Made by a program: the position numbers and the translations under genes. From positions 12,627-76,626 of the forward strand of contig CAVWUI010000010.1 in NCBI GenBank assembly GCA_963758175.1: a stretch of 64,000 nucleotides of DNA. Reading direction: 5' to 3'. Positions 9,308-19,611 of the stretch are shown in pieces. A model generated the notes under the pieces. That model saw nothing but the letters and a program-made list of their open reading frames with translations, did not search any database and was not told where the DNA came from. Source of the stretch: an uncultured Verrucomicrobiae bacterium. GTDB lineage: Bacteria > Verrucomicrobiota > Verrucomicrobiia > Verrucomicrobiales > Akkermansiaceae. Each line of letters begins with the position of its first letter. The first letter of the stretch is position 1.

Positions 9308-10099
9308 ATGCGTGCGATCCTCCACATTTTCCTGGCTCTCGTCCTTGCAGGGTCTTCGTTCGCGCAGGATCGGAAACCGGTCGTGGTAGCGAAAGAACCT
9401 GCCAGCGAGGCCGTGGCAGCGAAAGAACCTGCCAGCGAGGCATGGCTGGGTCTGGGAGTGTCCAAGCCGGACGAGACCACGACCTTCCAACTCCCCGCGT
9501 TGCCGCCAGGCATAGGTTTCGTGGTCACGACGGTCGATACGGACGAGCCCGCGAGGCTGGCCGGAATCGAGGTGCATGATCTGCTATGGAAAATGAATGA
9601 GCAGATGCTGGTGAATGAGGGTCAGCTCGCGACTCTGCTCCGTCTGGCGAATCCGGGAGACGAGGTGACCGTCTCCGTTTTCAGAAAGGGTCAGCCGGTC
9701 GATCTGAAGGTGGTCCTCGGCGAGAGCAAGGGTGACAACGGTGACGTGATACGCCGCATGTTGAACGATTCGGTCATGCGCCGCGACGACGGGGCTCTGC
9801 GCATCGTGAACGTGGAAAGGAAGACCGCCGCCATTTCCAACGAGATGGGAAGCGCGGAAGTCTCGCGGGTCGATACCGGCGATTCCGTCCGCATCATCGA
9901 TCCGGAGGGAGAGGTGATTTTCGAAGGCGTGGTGAGCGGGCGTCCCGAGCTTTCCGCGGTACCTCCGGGATGGCGCAAACAGGTATGTGCGATGCGGCGC
10001 GGGCTCGACCACGCGCTCAGCGTGAAAGCGGCTCCGATGCGGCAGCCGCGACCGCGCATCGTCCCGCCTCCGGTCGCCACAGGGACAGATGGTGAGTAG
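9308..10099 (+). CDS. Secreted PDZ-domain protein
   Basis: Signal peptide; PDZ motifs AWLGLGV...GFVVTTV..DEPARLAGIEVHDLLWKMN; no trypsin-like catalytic domain. Confidence 0.8.
   Translation: MRAILHIFLALVLAGSSFAQDRKPVVVAKEPASEAVAAKEPASEAWLGLGVSKPDETTTFQLPALPPGIGFVVTTVDTDEPARLAGIEVHDLLWKMNEQMLVNEGQLATLLRLANPGDEVTVSVFRKGQPVDLKVVLGESKGDNGDVIRRMLNDSVMRRDDGALRIVNVERKTAAISNEMGSAEVSRVDTGDSVRIIDPEGEVIFEGVVSGRPELSAVPPGWRKQVCAMRRGLDHALSVKAAPMRQPRPRIVPPPVATGTDGE
9382..9441 (+). repeat. Tandem 30-bp duplication encoding V(V/A)AKEPASEA twice
   Basis: cgtggtagcgaaagaacctgccagcgaggc and cgtggcagcgaaagaacctgccagcgaggc, one mismatch. Confidence 0.9.
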
Positions 10100-10104
10100 G
10101 ATGT

Positions 10105-10566
10105 CTAGATCTTACAACCGGCCAGCTTCAGAACCCGGTTGAAATGACGTTTCCCCACCGGGGTGATCGAGAGCCGCGTGCCCTTCTGGCAAACCTGCAT
10201 TTCCGAGAGAATCCTGTCGTCCTTCAGCGTCTGGAGCGGCAGGAGTTCCGCGAAAGTCGCGACATGTTCGAAATCGACCAGATACCAGCGCGGTTTTTCC
10301 TCGGTCGCCTTCGGATCGAAATACTCTCCCCGTTTCTCGAACTGGGTCGGATCCGGATAGGAGGCGGAGGCGACTCTCGCGACGCCCGCGATGCCCGGCG
10401 GCTTGGCGTTCGAGTGGTAGAAGAGCGCGAGATCACCCGGTTTCATATCCCGCCACATGAAGTTCCGCGCCTGGTAGTTGCGGACGCCCGACCAGGCTTC
10501 CTGATCCACCTTTTCGAGATCCTGGATGGAGAAGACGTCGGGTTCGGATTTTATCAGCCACGGCAT
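10105..10566 (-). CDS. EVE domain protein
   Basis: WLIKSEP, WSGVRNYQARNF, FYHS, RLSITPV. Confidence 0.93.
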   Translation of the reverse strand: MPWLIKSEPDVFSIQDLEKVDQEAWSGVRNYQARNFMWRDMKPGDLALFYHSNAKPPGIAGVARVASASYPDPTQFEKRGEYFDPKATEEKPRWYLVDFEHVATFAELLPLQTLKDDRILSEMQVCQKGTRLSITPVGKRHFNRVLKLAGCKI

Positions 10567-10755
10567 GAGAAAGGGCTAGGAAAACCGGACGCCCGTGTCG
10601 AGGTCGAATCCCCGGGCTCCCGCGTGTCCCCCGTTTTGCCAACCGGTCATCATGGACGGACTCTACTATAGAAATAGTAATTAAAGTCGCCTGGGAGCGG
10701 GTTCCCAGGAGTTCCCCGGGAGCCCGTTTTCCTTATCTTTCTTGCAACTGCGCGT

Positions 10756-10783
10756 TTGACAGGCAACCCGTTGCTGATAGCCT
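10756..10783 (+). promoter_or_regulatory. sigma70 promoter of ppdK
   Basis: TTGACA, 16 nt, TAGCCT, followed by a GC-rich discriminator. Confidence 0.7.
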
Positions 10784-10865
10784 CCCGCCCCCGCTCCAAG
10801 GCACCGGTAAAAATTTTCCGCGAAGAACAGCCAGGTGCGGCAGCAACCCGACAATACACAACACG

Positions 10866-13697
10866 ATGGCAACCAAGAAGAAAACCGCGGCCAAGAAAAC
10901 GGCCGCCAAGAAATCCTCCGCGAAAGCAACGAAATACGTCTACACCTGGGGCGCTGGCAAAGCCGACGGCCACGGGAAAATGAAAGAGCTCCTCGGAGGC
11001 AAGGGCGCGAACCTCGCGGAGATGACTCTCATCGGTCTCCCGGTTCCCGCGGGTTTCACCATCTCCACCGAGGTCTGCACATACTACTACGATCATAAGA
11101 AAACCTACCCCAAAGTCCTCCGCTCCCAGATGGAGGCGGGCGTGGCCAACATGGAGAAAATCATGGGCTACAGGTTCGGCGACGACACGGGCTTCCCACT
11201 TCTTCTCGCGGTTCGCTCCGGCGCGCGCGACTCCATGCCCGGCATGATGGATACCGTCCTCAACCTCGGTCTCAACGACAGGACCGTTGCCGCTCTCGCG
11301 AAAGCCACCGACAACGATCGTTTCGCATGGGACTGCTACCGCCGCTTCATCCAGATGTACGGCGATGTCGTTCTCGGTGTGCAGAAAACCCCCGATGAGG
11401 ATCATGAGCCGTTCGAACAAGTCATCGAGGACTACAAGCACGAGGTTTACGGAAAAGACATCATCGACTCGGAACTCACCGCCGATGACAACAGGGAGAT
11501 GGTCGCCCGTTTCAAAAAACTCGTCAAAGACCGCACGGGACACGGCTTCCCGGAAGATCCCTGGGAACAGCTCGAAGGTGCCGCCGGCGCCGTCTTCAGC
11601 TCATGGATGAATGACCGCGCGATCGTCTATCGCCGCAAATACGGCATCCCGGCCGCATGGGGCACCGCCGTCAACATCCAGGCGATGGTCTTCGGAAACA
11701 CCGGCTCCGAGTCCGGCTCCGGCGTAGCCTTCACGCGCAACCCGGCCAACGGTGAGAACGTTCTCTACGGGGAGTTCCTCGTCAACGCGCAGGGCGAGGA
11801 CGTTGTCGCCGGTGTCCGTACTCCGGACGCGGTCGCTGGAATGGCGGATGCGCTTCCTGCCGCTTTCAAAGAGCTGATGAAAGTCCGCTCCATCCTTGAG
11901 AAGCATTTCAAGGACGTGCAGGACGTCGAGTTCACCATCCAGGAAGGCAAGCTCTTCATGCTCCAGACCCGTAACGGCAAGCGCACCGCCGCAGCCGGTC
12001 TCAAGTTCGCGGCGGACATGGTGAAGGAGAAACTCATCGACTGGCAGACAGCCGTTCTCCGCAACCCGGCCGACCAGCTTGACGCTCTTCTCGCTCCTGT
12101 TTTCGACATCGCCGAGACCAAGAAAGCCACCATCATCGCCAAAGGACTTCCCGCCGGCCCGGGTGCCGCTTCCGGAAAAATCTACCTCAATGCCGACCGC
12201 GCCGAAGCCGCCGCGCAACGTGGGGAGAAAGTCCTTCTGGTCCGCGTGGAAACTTCTCCGGAAGACCTCCGCGGCATGATCGCCGCCGAAGGGATTCTTA
12301 CCGCGAAGGGCGGAGTCTCGTCCCACGCCGCACTCGTCGCCCGTCAGATGGGCAAGGTCTGCGTCTGCGGTGCCTCAGGTGTCGAAGTCGATTACCACAA
12401 GAAGACCGTCAAGGCGGGTGGGAAGACATTCAAGGAAGGCGACTACCTCTCCATCGATGGCACCGCCGGAACCGTTTACGGCGGCGAGCTTGCCACTGAG
12501 GAATCCGAGATCATCACCGGTCTGGTCAACAACAACAAGACCTCCCAGGGCACCGAGAAGTTCAAGAATTTCGTCCAACTCATGGCATGGTGCGCGAAGG
12601 CGACAAAAATGGGTGTCCGCACCAACGCCGACTCCCCGGATCAGGTCAAGACCGCCATCGCTTTCGGCGCGGAGGGCATCGGCCTCACCCGTACCGAGCA
12701 CATGTTCTTCGAAGGCGAGCGTATCGACGCCATGCGTGAGATGATCCTCGCATCCGACGAGAAATCCCGCAAAGCGGCGCTGAAAAAACTCCTGCCGCAT
12801 CAGCGCAAGGACTTTTTCGGTATCTTCAAAGCGTTGGAAGGCAAACCCGCCACCATCCGCCTCCTGGATCCACCGCTTCACGAGTTCCTTCCTCATTCCG
12901 AGGAGCAGCAGAAGGATCTCGCGACGAAAATGGGCGTCACCTATGAGGAGCTTCACCAGCGCGTGTCCGAACTCCACGAGTCCAACCCCATGCTTGGACA
13001 CCGTGGTTGCCGTCTTGCGATTTCCTACCCGGAGATCGCGGAAATGCAGGCACGTGCGATTTTCGAAGCCGCTGCGCAATGCGTGAAAAAAGGCATCAAG
13101 GTGACTCCGGAAGTCATGGTTCCACTCGTCGGCTACGCCCGCGAGTTGGAGCTTCAAGTGGAGATCATCCACCGCGTCGCCGCGGAGGTGAAAGAGAAGA
13201 AGGACGTCAAGTTCGACTACCTCGTCGGCACCATGATCGAAGTCCCGCGCGGTGCCCTCACCGCGGACGAGATCGCGAAGCACGCGGAGTTCTTCTCCTT
13301 TGGCACGAACGACCTCACCCAGACCGCACTCGGCGTCAGCCGCGATGACATGGGATCGTTCCTCAACAGCTATCAGGAGAACGACATCTATCCGAAGAAT
13401 CCGTTCGCCTCGCTCGACACCACAGGAGTCGGCCAGTTGATGGAAATCGCCGTCGAGAAAGGCCGCACCACCAAGCCGGACATCAAGCTCGGCATCTGCG
13501 GAGAGCACGGTGGTGATCCGGATTCCGTGACCTTCTGCCACAAGCTGGGTCTTGCATACGTTTCCTGCTCGCCTTACCGCGTGCCGGTCGCCCGCCTCGC
13601 TGCCGCACAGGCAGCGATCAACGACGGCTCCGCTCCGAAGCCGACTGCTAAGAAAGCGAAGAAGAAGTCCGCCAAGAAAGCGGCGAGGAAGAAATAG
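10866..13697 (+). CDS. ppdK: Pyruvate, phosphate dikinase with Lys/Ala-rich tails
   Basis: [27 protein letters not shown], phospho-His motif [26 protein letters not shown]. Confidence 0.98.
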   Translation: MATKKKTAAKKTAAKKSSAKATKYVYTWGAGKADGHGKMKELLGGKGANLAEMTLIGLPVPAGFTISTEVCTYYYDHKKTYPKVLRSQMEAGVANMEKIMGYRFGDDTGFPLLLAVRSGARDSMPGMMDTVLNLGLNDRTVAALAKATDNDRFAWDCYRRFIQMYGDVVLGVQKTPDEDHEPFEQVIEDYKHEVYGKDIIDSELTADDNREMVARFKKLVKDRTGHGFPEDPWEQLEGAAGAVFSSWMNDRAIVYRRKYGIPAAWGTAVNIQAMVFGNTGSESGSGVAFTRNPANGENVLYGEFLVNAQGEDVVAGVRTPDAVAGMADALPAAFKELMKVRSILEKHFKDVQDVEFTIQEGKLFMLQTRNGKRTAAAGLKFAADMVKEKLIDWQTAVLRNPADQLDALLAPVFDIAETKKATIIAKGLPAGPGAASGKIYLNADRAEAAAQRGEKVLLVRVETSPEDLRGMIAAEGILTAKGGVSSHAALVARQMGKVCVCGASGVEVDYHKKTVKAGGKTFKEGDYLSIDGTAGTVYGGELATEESEIITGLVNNNKTSQGTEKFKNFVQLMAWCAKATKMGVRTNADSPDQVKTAIAFGAEGIGLTRTEHMFFEGERIDAMREMILASDEKSRKAALKKLLPHQRKDFFGIFKALEGKPATIRLLDPPLHEFLPHSEEQQKDLATKMGVTYEELHQRVSELHESNPMLGHRGCRLAISYPEIAEMQARAIFEAAAQCVKKGIKVTPEVMVPLVGYARELELQVEIIHRVAAEVKEKKDVKFDYLVGTMIEVPRGALTADEIAKHAEFFSFGTNDLTQTALGVSRDDMGSFLNSYQENDIYPKNPFASLDTTGVGQLMEIAVEKGRTTKPDIKLGICGEHGGDPDSVTFCHKLGLAYVSCSPYRVPVARLAAAQAAINDGSAPKPTAKKAKKKSAKKAARKK

Positions 13698-13719
13698 CCC
13701 GCCATATTCAGATCCTTAC

Positions 13720-13753
13720 AAAGCCGCGCCGGAGCAATCCGGCGCGGCTTTTT
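13720..13753 (+). terminator. Rho-independent terminator after ppdK
   Basis: aaagccgcgccgga-gcaa-tccggcgcggcttttt. Confidence 0.9.
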
Positions 13754-13947
13754 CTGTTAGATCCGAGCTTCTTTCGTCACTCAATTCACTGGATCAATAA
13801 GGCGGAGGATGTTCGCCTTTCCTGGCGCGGAATCAAGATTGCGCGACGGCTCGATGAACCGGAGCCCCATATCATCCCGGTTTTCTTTGGATTGACTGAT
13901 TGACGGGCAGTCTCACGGACGTATCCTTACGGGAATATTCAAAACCC

Positions 13948-15861
13948 ATGAGAACCCAACTGTTGAGCATCGTACTTCTGGCGACAGCCATCCCGGCCTT
14001 CGGACAGGTGAAAAAGGAGCCGAGGCCTGGTGATGATCCCGCGTTTCTTGACAACGCTGCCCTGCAGATCGACAAGCATATCGCCACCTTCTACAAGCGC
14101 AAAAAGCTTCCGGTGCCCGATGTGACTGACGACGCGACCTACATGCGCCGGGCATTCCTGGTTTCCGTGGGCAGGATCCCGACCGCTGAGGAAGCCTTGG
14201 CCTTCCTGGAGATCGAGGATGAGAACAAACGCGCGGAGCTTGTGAGTTACCTGATGGGCTCCAAAGGCTACGCCAGCCACATGACGAACTGGGTCTTCGA
14301 CCTTCTCCGACTCCGCGACGGGAGACAGGGCAGCCAGGCGAACAACGAGCCTTACCGGAACTGGGTACGCAATGCCATCGATGAGAACATGCCGTGGGAC
14401 GAGTTCGTGACACGCCTTACGAACAGCTCGGGAAACGGATGGGATCCGGAGACCGCCTCGGTTGGTTACTACACGATCGACCGTGGGATGCCACTGGACA
14501 ATCTCGCCAACACCCTGCGGATTTTCCTGGGTTCCAGAATGGAATGCGCCCAGTGCCATGACGATCCCTTCGGCGTGACCGAACGTATGGATTTCTATCA
14601 TCTGGCCGCCTTCACGAATGGTCAGGGACAGCTCAACCAGAAGCATATGTCGAAACTCTGGAGGGAGCTCCAGGACGACCAGAAGGAACGGGGCGAGGAA
14701 TACAGGGTCGCCCAGCTTTTCTGGGACAGGATCTACGGAATGTCCCTCGCGGGTGGAGGTGACGGGCGGATCAAACTTCCCTCGGACTATCAGTATCGTG
14801 ATGGAAGCCCGGGTGAAATGGTGGGAGCCAGGACTCCTTTCGGAAAATCCGTGCGCATGTCCGATCGCAAGGATGATGATGACGGTCGTGCGGAATTCGC
14901 GGATTGGATTGTCACGAAGACGGGCGAGCAGTTTCCCGGGGTGATCGCGAACCGCATGTGGGAGAGGATCATGGGCAAAGGCATTTATGAGCCTGTGGAT
15001 GAATATAAGGAAGCATCGGAGACTGTCTATCCCGCGCTGATGGGTTACCTGGCGCGCCTGATGCATGATCTGGACTATGACCTACGCGCTTTCCAGCACG
15101 TGCTGATGCTTACCAAGACTTTCCAGTTCGCGACGAATCCGAATGTCTCGACCCTCGTCGGAGGTGACGATTTTCATGGGAGAAAAATCGAACGTCTGAC
15201 CGCGGAGCAGATCTGGGACTCACTGATCACGCTTTCCAGCGGCGATCCTGACAAACAGCAGAACCGCACGGCGGACAACAGGATCTATGTCGGGAACAAG
15301 CCCGTCCTGGTCGGCAAAATGGACATGGTGCAACTCTCAAACGAGGTGCTGGCGCTTGAATCCGAATCGGAGGTTCGCGACTATTTCAGGAAATTCCTGG
15401 CCACGGTCAAGAGTGGCGGGGCGGATCTGAAAGGCGGGGACACCATGTCGATGGGAATGACTTCCGTGAAGAAATACGGTCGCGACGCGCCGGTGCGTGC
15501 TTCCGAGCTACCCTCTCCCGCTCCTCGCGAACATTTCCTGTATCTCTTCGGCGCATCCGACCGGGAGGTCGTGGAAGGAGCCAGCCTGGAGCCAAACGTG
15601 GGTCAGGTCCTGTCCATGATGAACGGGTTCGTGCAGCGCCAGCTGGTGAGCAACTATGACGCCCATATCTACGAAAGTCTGGAAGGAGCCAGCTCGGTCG
15701 CGGAGAAAATCCGCCGTCTCTATGTCGCGATCCTGAACCGTCCACCTACCGATGAGGAGCTGGAATGGATGAAAGAGGAGGTGACGGCACAGGGCGAGGA
15801 AGGCTACCGGAACATCGTGGCCGCCCTCGTGATGTCATCCGAATTCCTTTTCCTTCAGTAG
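13948..15861 (+). CDS. DUF1549/DUF1553 (PSCyt-type) secreted protein
   Basis: Signal peptide; DDATYMRR...GRIPT; CAQCH motif; ANRMWERIMGKG; RLTAEQIWDSL; SSEFLF C-terminus. Confidence 0.9.
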   Translation: MRTQLLSIVLLATAIPAFGQVKKEPRPGDDPAFLDNAALQIDKHIATFYKRKKLPVPDVTDDATYMRRAFLVSVGRIPTAEEALAFLEIEDENKRAELVSYLMGSKGYASHMTNWVFDLLRLRDGRQGSQANNEPYRNWVRNAIDENMPWDEFVTRLTNSSGNGWDPETASVGYYTIDRGMPLDNLANTLRIFLGSRMECAQCHDDPFGVTERMDFYHLAAFTNGQGQLNQKHMSKLWRELQDDQKERGEEYRVAQLFWDRIYGMSLAGGGDGRIKLPSDYQYRDGSPGEMVGARTPFGKSVRMSDRKDDDDGRAEFADWIVTKTGEQFPGVIANRMWERIMGKGIYEPVDEYKEASETVYPALMGYLARLMHDLDYDLRAFQHVLMLTKTFQFATNPNVSTLVGGDDFHGRKIERLTAEQIWDSLITLSSGDPDKQQNRTADNRIYVGNKPVLVGKMDMVQLSNEVLALESESEVRDYFRKFLATVKSGGADLKGGDTMSMGMTSVKKYGRDAPVRASELPSPAPREHFLYLFGASDREVVEGASLEPNVGQVLSMMNGFVQRQLVSNYDAHIYESLEGASSVAEKIRRLYVAILNRPPTDEELEWMKEEVTAQGEEGYRNIVAALVMSSEFLFLQ

Positions 15862-15895
15862 AACCCATTTTTCAAAACCCTAGATTAAAACCACC

Positions 15896-17206
15896 ATGAG
15901 CAATATTTTCAACAAAGCGGACGAGCCAACCCGGCGCCAGTTCATGCTAAACGCGGCACGGACATATCTCGGTGTCCATCTTTTCCCGATGCTGGGTCCG
16001 ACAATTGCGAGCGCGGCCGCCGAAGGCGCGGCAAAGGGGTCGAAAGCGAAGCATGTGATCTATCTTTTCATGGCGGGGGGTATGAGTCACCTGGACACAT
16101 TCGATCCGAAACCAGGCAAAAAGGAGGTGATGGGTCCTACGGAAACCATCACAGGTAACGCGGGCGTAGAGATCAGCGGCTACCTGCCGAAGACAGCGGG
16201 CGTAACCGACAAGATGTGCATCATCAACTCGATCAATTCCACCCAGGGCGCTCACGAGCAGGGGAGTTACATCATGCACACGAGTTACACTGCTCGCGGA
16301 ACAGTGAAGCATCCGGCCATCGGATCCTGGGTCGTGAAACTCGGGGGGCGTCTCCATCCGGAACTTCCCGGTTTCGTGGCAGTGAACACCTCGCCGGAAC
16401 TCACAGGCGGCGGATTCTTCGGCGCCAAATATTCGGCGGCTCCGATAGGGCGGCCTGATCAGGGTCTCCAGGATTCGCATCGCTCGGCGCTGGTTTCCGA
16501 AGAGGACTTCTCCCGCCGTCTCTCACTTGCGGACAGGCTGAACCGTCGTTTCCACGAAAGGTATCCGAATACCGACGTAAAGGCATACGAGGAGCTGTAT
16601 CAGGAGGCCATCGCCCTGATGAACTCCAAGGATCTGAAAGCTTTCGACATAGGCCAGGAGGACAGCGAGACACGGGAGCTGTATGGCAGCGGAAATTTCG
16701 CGCAAGGATGTCTCCTCGCTCGGCGTCTCGTGGAGCACGATGTCCGGTTCGTGGAAGTACAACTTGGCGGATGGGATACCCATTACGACAACTTCACGGC
16801 CGTGGAAGGTCGCTGCAAGGAGTTCGACCAGGCATACTCCGCCCTACTCATCGACCTTGAAAAACGCGGTAAGCTCAAGGACACCCTTGTCGTCGTCGCA
16901 ACCGAGTTCGGGCGCACTCCTTCGATCAAGGCGGAGCACGGGGACGGTCGGGATCACCACCCCGGGGCGTTCAGTTGTGTTCTTGCCGGGGGGGGCGTGA
17001 AAGGCGGCATGAAATACGGGGAGACCGACTCCACCGGTGGCAAGGTGAAGGAGAACAAAGTGAGTATTCCGGACTTCAATGCGACGATCGCTTATGCTCT
17101 CGGGCTGCCTCACGATCTCGTTCTCATGTCTCCGAGCAAGCGTCCTTTCCGGATTTCAGGGCCTGATGCGGCTGACGCGACTCCGGTGACATCGATTTTC
17201 GGATGA
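15896..17206 (+). CDS. DUF1501 protein with Tat signal
   Basis: TRRQFM Tat motif; AKHVIYLFMAGGMSHLDTFDPKP; CLLARRLVE; WDTH; TEFGRTP; GRDHH. Confidence 0.92.
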   Translation: MSNIFNKADEPTRRQFMLNAARTYLGVHLFPMLGPTIASAAAEGAAKGSKAKHVIYLFMAGGMSHLDTFDPKPGKKEVMGPTETITGNAGVEISGYLPKTAGVTDKMCIINSINSTQGAHEQGSYIMHTSYTARGTVKHPAIGSWVVKLGGRLHPELPGFVAVNTSPELTGGGFFGAKYSAAPIGRPDQGLQDSHRSALVSEEDFSRRLSLADRLNRRFHERYPNTDVKAYEELYQEAIALMNSKDLKAFDIGQEDSETRELYGSGNFAQGCLLARRLVEHDVRFVEVQLGGWDTHYDNFTAVEGRCKEFDQAYSALLIDLEKRGKLKDTLVVVATEFGRTPSIKAEHGDGRDHHPGAFSCVLAGGGVKGGMKYGETDSTGGKVKENKVSIPDFNATIAYALGLPHDLVLMSPSKRPFRISGPDAADATPVTSIFG

Positions 17207-17368
17207 AGGTATCGGGGAGACTCAACGGCGGGAAGTGGTGGCCAGGATACCTGGAGGACGTCACGATTTCTGACGTTCGAAACGAAAGATTCCCGCTCCA
17301 TCCGCCACTTGCATCAAGCTTTGAAAACACTTCTTGACGCCTACGAGTGTATGCGCAGACTCGACCTG

Positions 17369-17512
17369 ATGAAAAACCTCTTGAAACTTGGTGTGCTCCT
17401 TGCGATTAGCGGACTTCTCGGTTCCTGTGGTCTTCCTGGGGCTACCGCAAGGACTCTCCAGAACACAGTGAAGGGTCTGGTTTCCACAGCCGGGGCTCCA
17501 CTTGGCTATTAA
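17369..17512 (+). CDS. Small (47 aa) lipoprotein
   Basis: MKNLLKLGVLLAISGLLGSC lipobox plus an amphipathic helix; upstream TTGACG-16-CAGACT. Confidence 0.65.
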   Translation: MKNLLKLGVLLAISGLLGSCGLPGATARTLQNTVKGLVSTAGAPLGY

Positions 17513-17521
17513 ATTTTCCTG

Positions 17522-17953
17522 TCACGGAGTGACCGGCTTCTCGCAGACCCCCACCATTCGCGAGTTGTGAGGCAGGTGGCTGATCTGTAACCAGGTTGTG
17601 TTTTCCGGCATCAGATCCGGGAAGAGATCAGCCCACTCGCAGATGACGATCCCGTTCTCATCCAGATACTCGTCCCAGCCTAGTGCTAGCAGCTCCGCCT
17701 CTGATTTGAGCCGGTAGAAATCGAAATGGAAAATGTTGTGTGATCCGCCGCCGTGCTCATTGACAATCCCGAAGGTCGGGCTGGAAGCGGTGGCGTCGGG
17801 AGAGCTGGCTTCTATAAATCCTTTCGCCCAATGGGTTTTTCCAGTTCCGAGATCTCCGACAAGTCCGAACACGTCGCCAGCTCCGGCCTTGGCGGCGAAA
17901 TTTGCGCCCAGTTCCATCATCTCTTCAGCTGTGGTGATGATCGTCTCAATCAT
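17522..17953 (-). CDS. tsaE: tRNA threonylcarbamoyladenosine biosynthesis ATPase TsaE
   Basis: GDLGTGKT, SSPTF, HFDFYRL, ICEWA. Confidence 0.95.
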   Translation of the reverse strand: MIETIITTAEEMMELGANFAAKAGAGDVFGLVGDLGTGKTHWAKGFIEASSPDATASSPTFGIVNEHGGGSHNIFHFDFYRLKSEAELLALGWDEYLDENGIVICEWADLFPDLMPENTTWLQISHLPHNSRMVGVCEKPVTP

Positions 17954-18260
17954 GGGCGTCGTCGCTGAGCCAGACGGTGACTGGCTTCTTGAGTTTTTCA
18001 TATGGTTTCAGCTCTTGGGTGGCACGGTCGATTTTTCTCTTGGATAAGCTCATGCGGATCGCGTCGGTGCCCGCCTGCTTCTCCCGGGCATCGACACGGA
18101 CGTTCTGAAAATAAGGATTCTTGAACCGAAGCAGCAGGAGGGCGTGTTCGTCGCCCACATCAAGTTTCCGGCTGCGGATGAAAAGGATGGCGGAAAACAT
18201 GTCATGCGGCGTGGCGATAGCGCATGCGCTTGTCGCGAGGGGAAGGGAAAGGGTTCTCAT
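17946..18260 (-). pseudogene. Possible truncated remnant of a DUF3108-like protein
   Basis: DMFSAILFIRS..L..GD...RKIDR...LKPY.KLK...TVWLSDD resembles, from memory, the C-terminal half of verrucomicrobial DUF3108 proteins; both ends appear to be missing. Confidence 0.35.
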
Positions 18261-18334
18261 GTATGGGTTGGACACACGTCCTTTCTATTATTCGCACGCT
18301 GTGAAGAGCACCCTGGGAAAGGGCGTCCCACGGG

Positions 18335-18826
18335 TTATTCCACCGGTGTGACAGGCTGGGCGCGGGGCGGAAGCACGCTTGGATATTCCTCGTCGTAGAT
18401 CTGGGATCTGTCATCCCTGTCGTCGCTTGTGGGCATGGGACGGAATGATTCGGAATGGGTATCGATCTGGAACTGCATTTTCAGCACGTCCCGGTTCGTC
18501 TCGGCGATCTGGTTGGTGAGGGTTCGGTTTTCGTTCCGCAGATTGCGTAGCTCGTCCATCAGCCCGGAGAAGAACTCGTTGCCAGGGGTGTCCGGGGAAG
18601 GAGATTGAGCTGCGATGGTGTCGGGAACATTCCCCGCCTCTGGGTGCTTCGGAATCCTGTTATCGATTGCTGGAGAGGATGCGTTGTTATCAATCGGAAC
18701 CAAACGGATTGCCGGAGAAACCGGATAGTCCGCGATGAAGTTTTCCACCGACCAGTAGTGGCTGACTCCCGCGGCCATCATGGCCACAAGCAGGGTTCCG
18801 CAAATTATGATGGGTTTCGGGTTCAT
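18335..18826 (-). CDS. Hypothetical N-anchored protein with a coiled coil (gene 5 of the pilin-led operon)
   Basis: N-terminal TM helix, Pro-rich linker, heptads LMDELRNLRNENRTLTNQIAETNRDVL; ATGA overlap with the upstream gene. Confidence 0.75.
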   Translation of the reverse strand: MNPKPIIICGTLLVAMMAAGVSHYWSVENFIADYPVSPAIRLVPIDNNASSPAIDNRIPKHPEAGNVPDTIAAQSPSPDTPGNEFFSGLMDELRNLRNENRTLTNQIAETNRDVLKMQFQIDTHSESFRPMPTSDDRDDRSQIYDEEYPSVLPPRAQPVTPVE

Positions 18827-19611
18827 TCTTCCACCTCCTCGACAGGGTCTGATCCGGTTTCCGGAGACGGCAGGGAGGAAAGGATCCCGTTGAGTTCGGA
18901 GATGGCGTTGCCGAGTTGCTTGGCGTCCTCGTCCAACTGAACGGCGGATCTGGCCAGAATCGCGCTGACAGTCTGCCCTTGGCGGTAGCCGCCGGAGGGA
19001 TTGAAGCCAGGCTCGGTCACTGCGAAAACACGGTCACCGTCCGCATCCGGAATGAGGACGTGGGGGCTGATTTCGAGAGAGACCACAGTACCAGGTTGGA
19101 GTTCGACCTCACGCTGGAGCGCGGGGATCTCACCAAATTTCTCCGTCAACCATCCCTGTGGGGGGCTGGCCATACGTTTGGCAGGGAAGCTCGACCGCAG
19201 CTTGATTTTCGAAGGGTCAAGTTTCCCGGTGCCGCTTCGAATGGATTCCACCCTGACCTCCAGGCCGGGTTGGTCATTCGCCTTTTCCATGGACGGGGGA
19301 TTCGTAATTTCCGAAAACTTTTCCGGAGGTGTGGCCTGCGATTCGTCTTCCGCTTCATCCAGGACCTTCCCTGCAGTTTCGGTAGGCTCAGAATCCGTCT
19401 CAAGCTGTTCTTCGTCCGGTGCGGGGAGGACAACAGTGACCTCGTTCAGTTTCGCTTTTCCTTCCTTTTTAAGGCGGTTGAATTCATCGATGGCCTTCTG
19501 AACCTCGGCGGAAACGCTTTTCCCGTTTTTTTCCGTGTCGGGATTCTCGCCAGCGACCGGTAGAATCAACGCCACAGTCGGAAGGATGAAGTAAACGGCT
19601 TTCATGGTCAT
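18823..19611 (-). CDS. Hypothetical secreted acidic protein (gene 4 of the operon)
   Basis: Signal peptide MKAVYFILPTVALILPVAG; 262 aa; ATGA overlap. Confidence 0.75.
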   Translation of the reverse strand: MTMKAVYFILPTVALILPVAGENPDTEKNGKSVSAEVQKAIDEFNRLKKEGKAKLNEVTVVLPAPDEEQLETDSEPTETAGKVLDEAEDESQATPPEKFSEITNPPSMEKANDQPGLEVRVESIRSGTGKLDPSKIKLRSSFPAKRMASPPQGWLTEKFGEIPALQREVELQPGTVVSLEISPHVLIPDADGDRVFAVTEPGFNPSGGYRQGQTVSAILARSAVQLDEDAKQLGNAISELNGILSSLPSPETGSDPVEEVEE

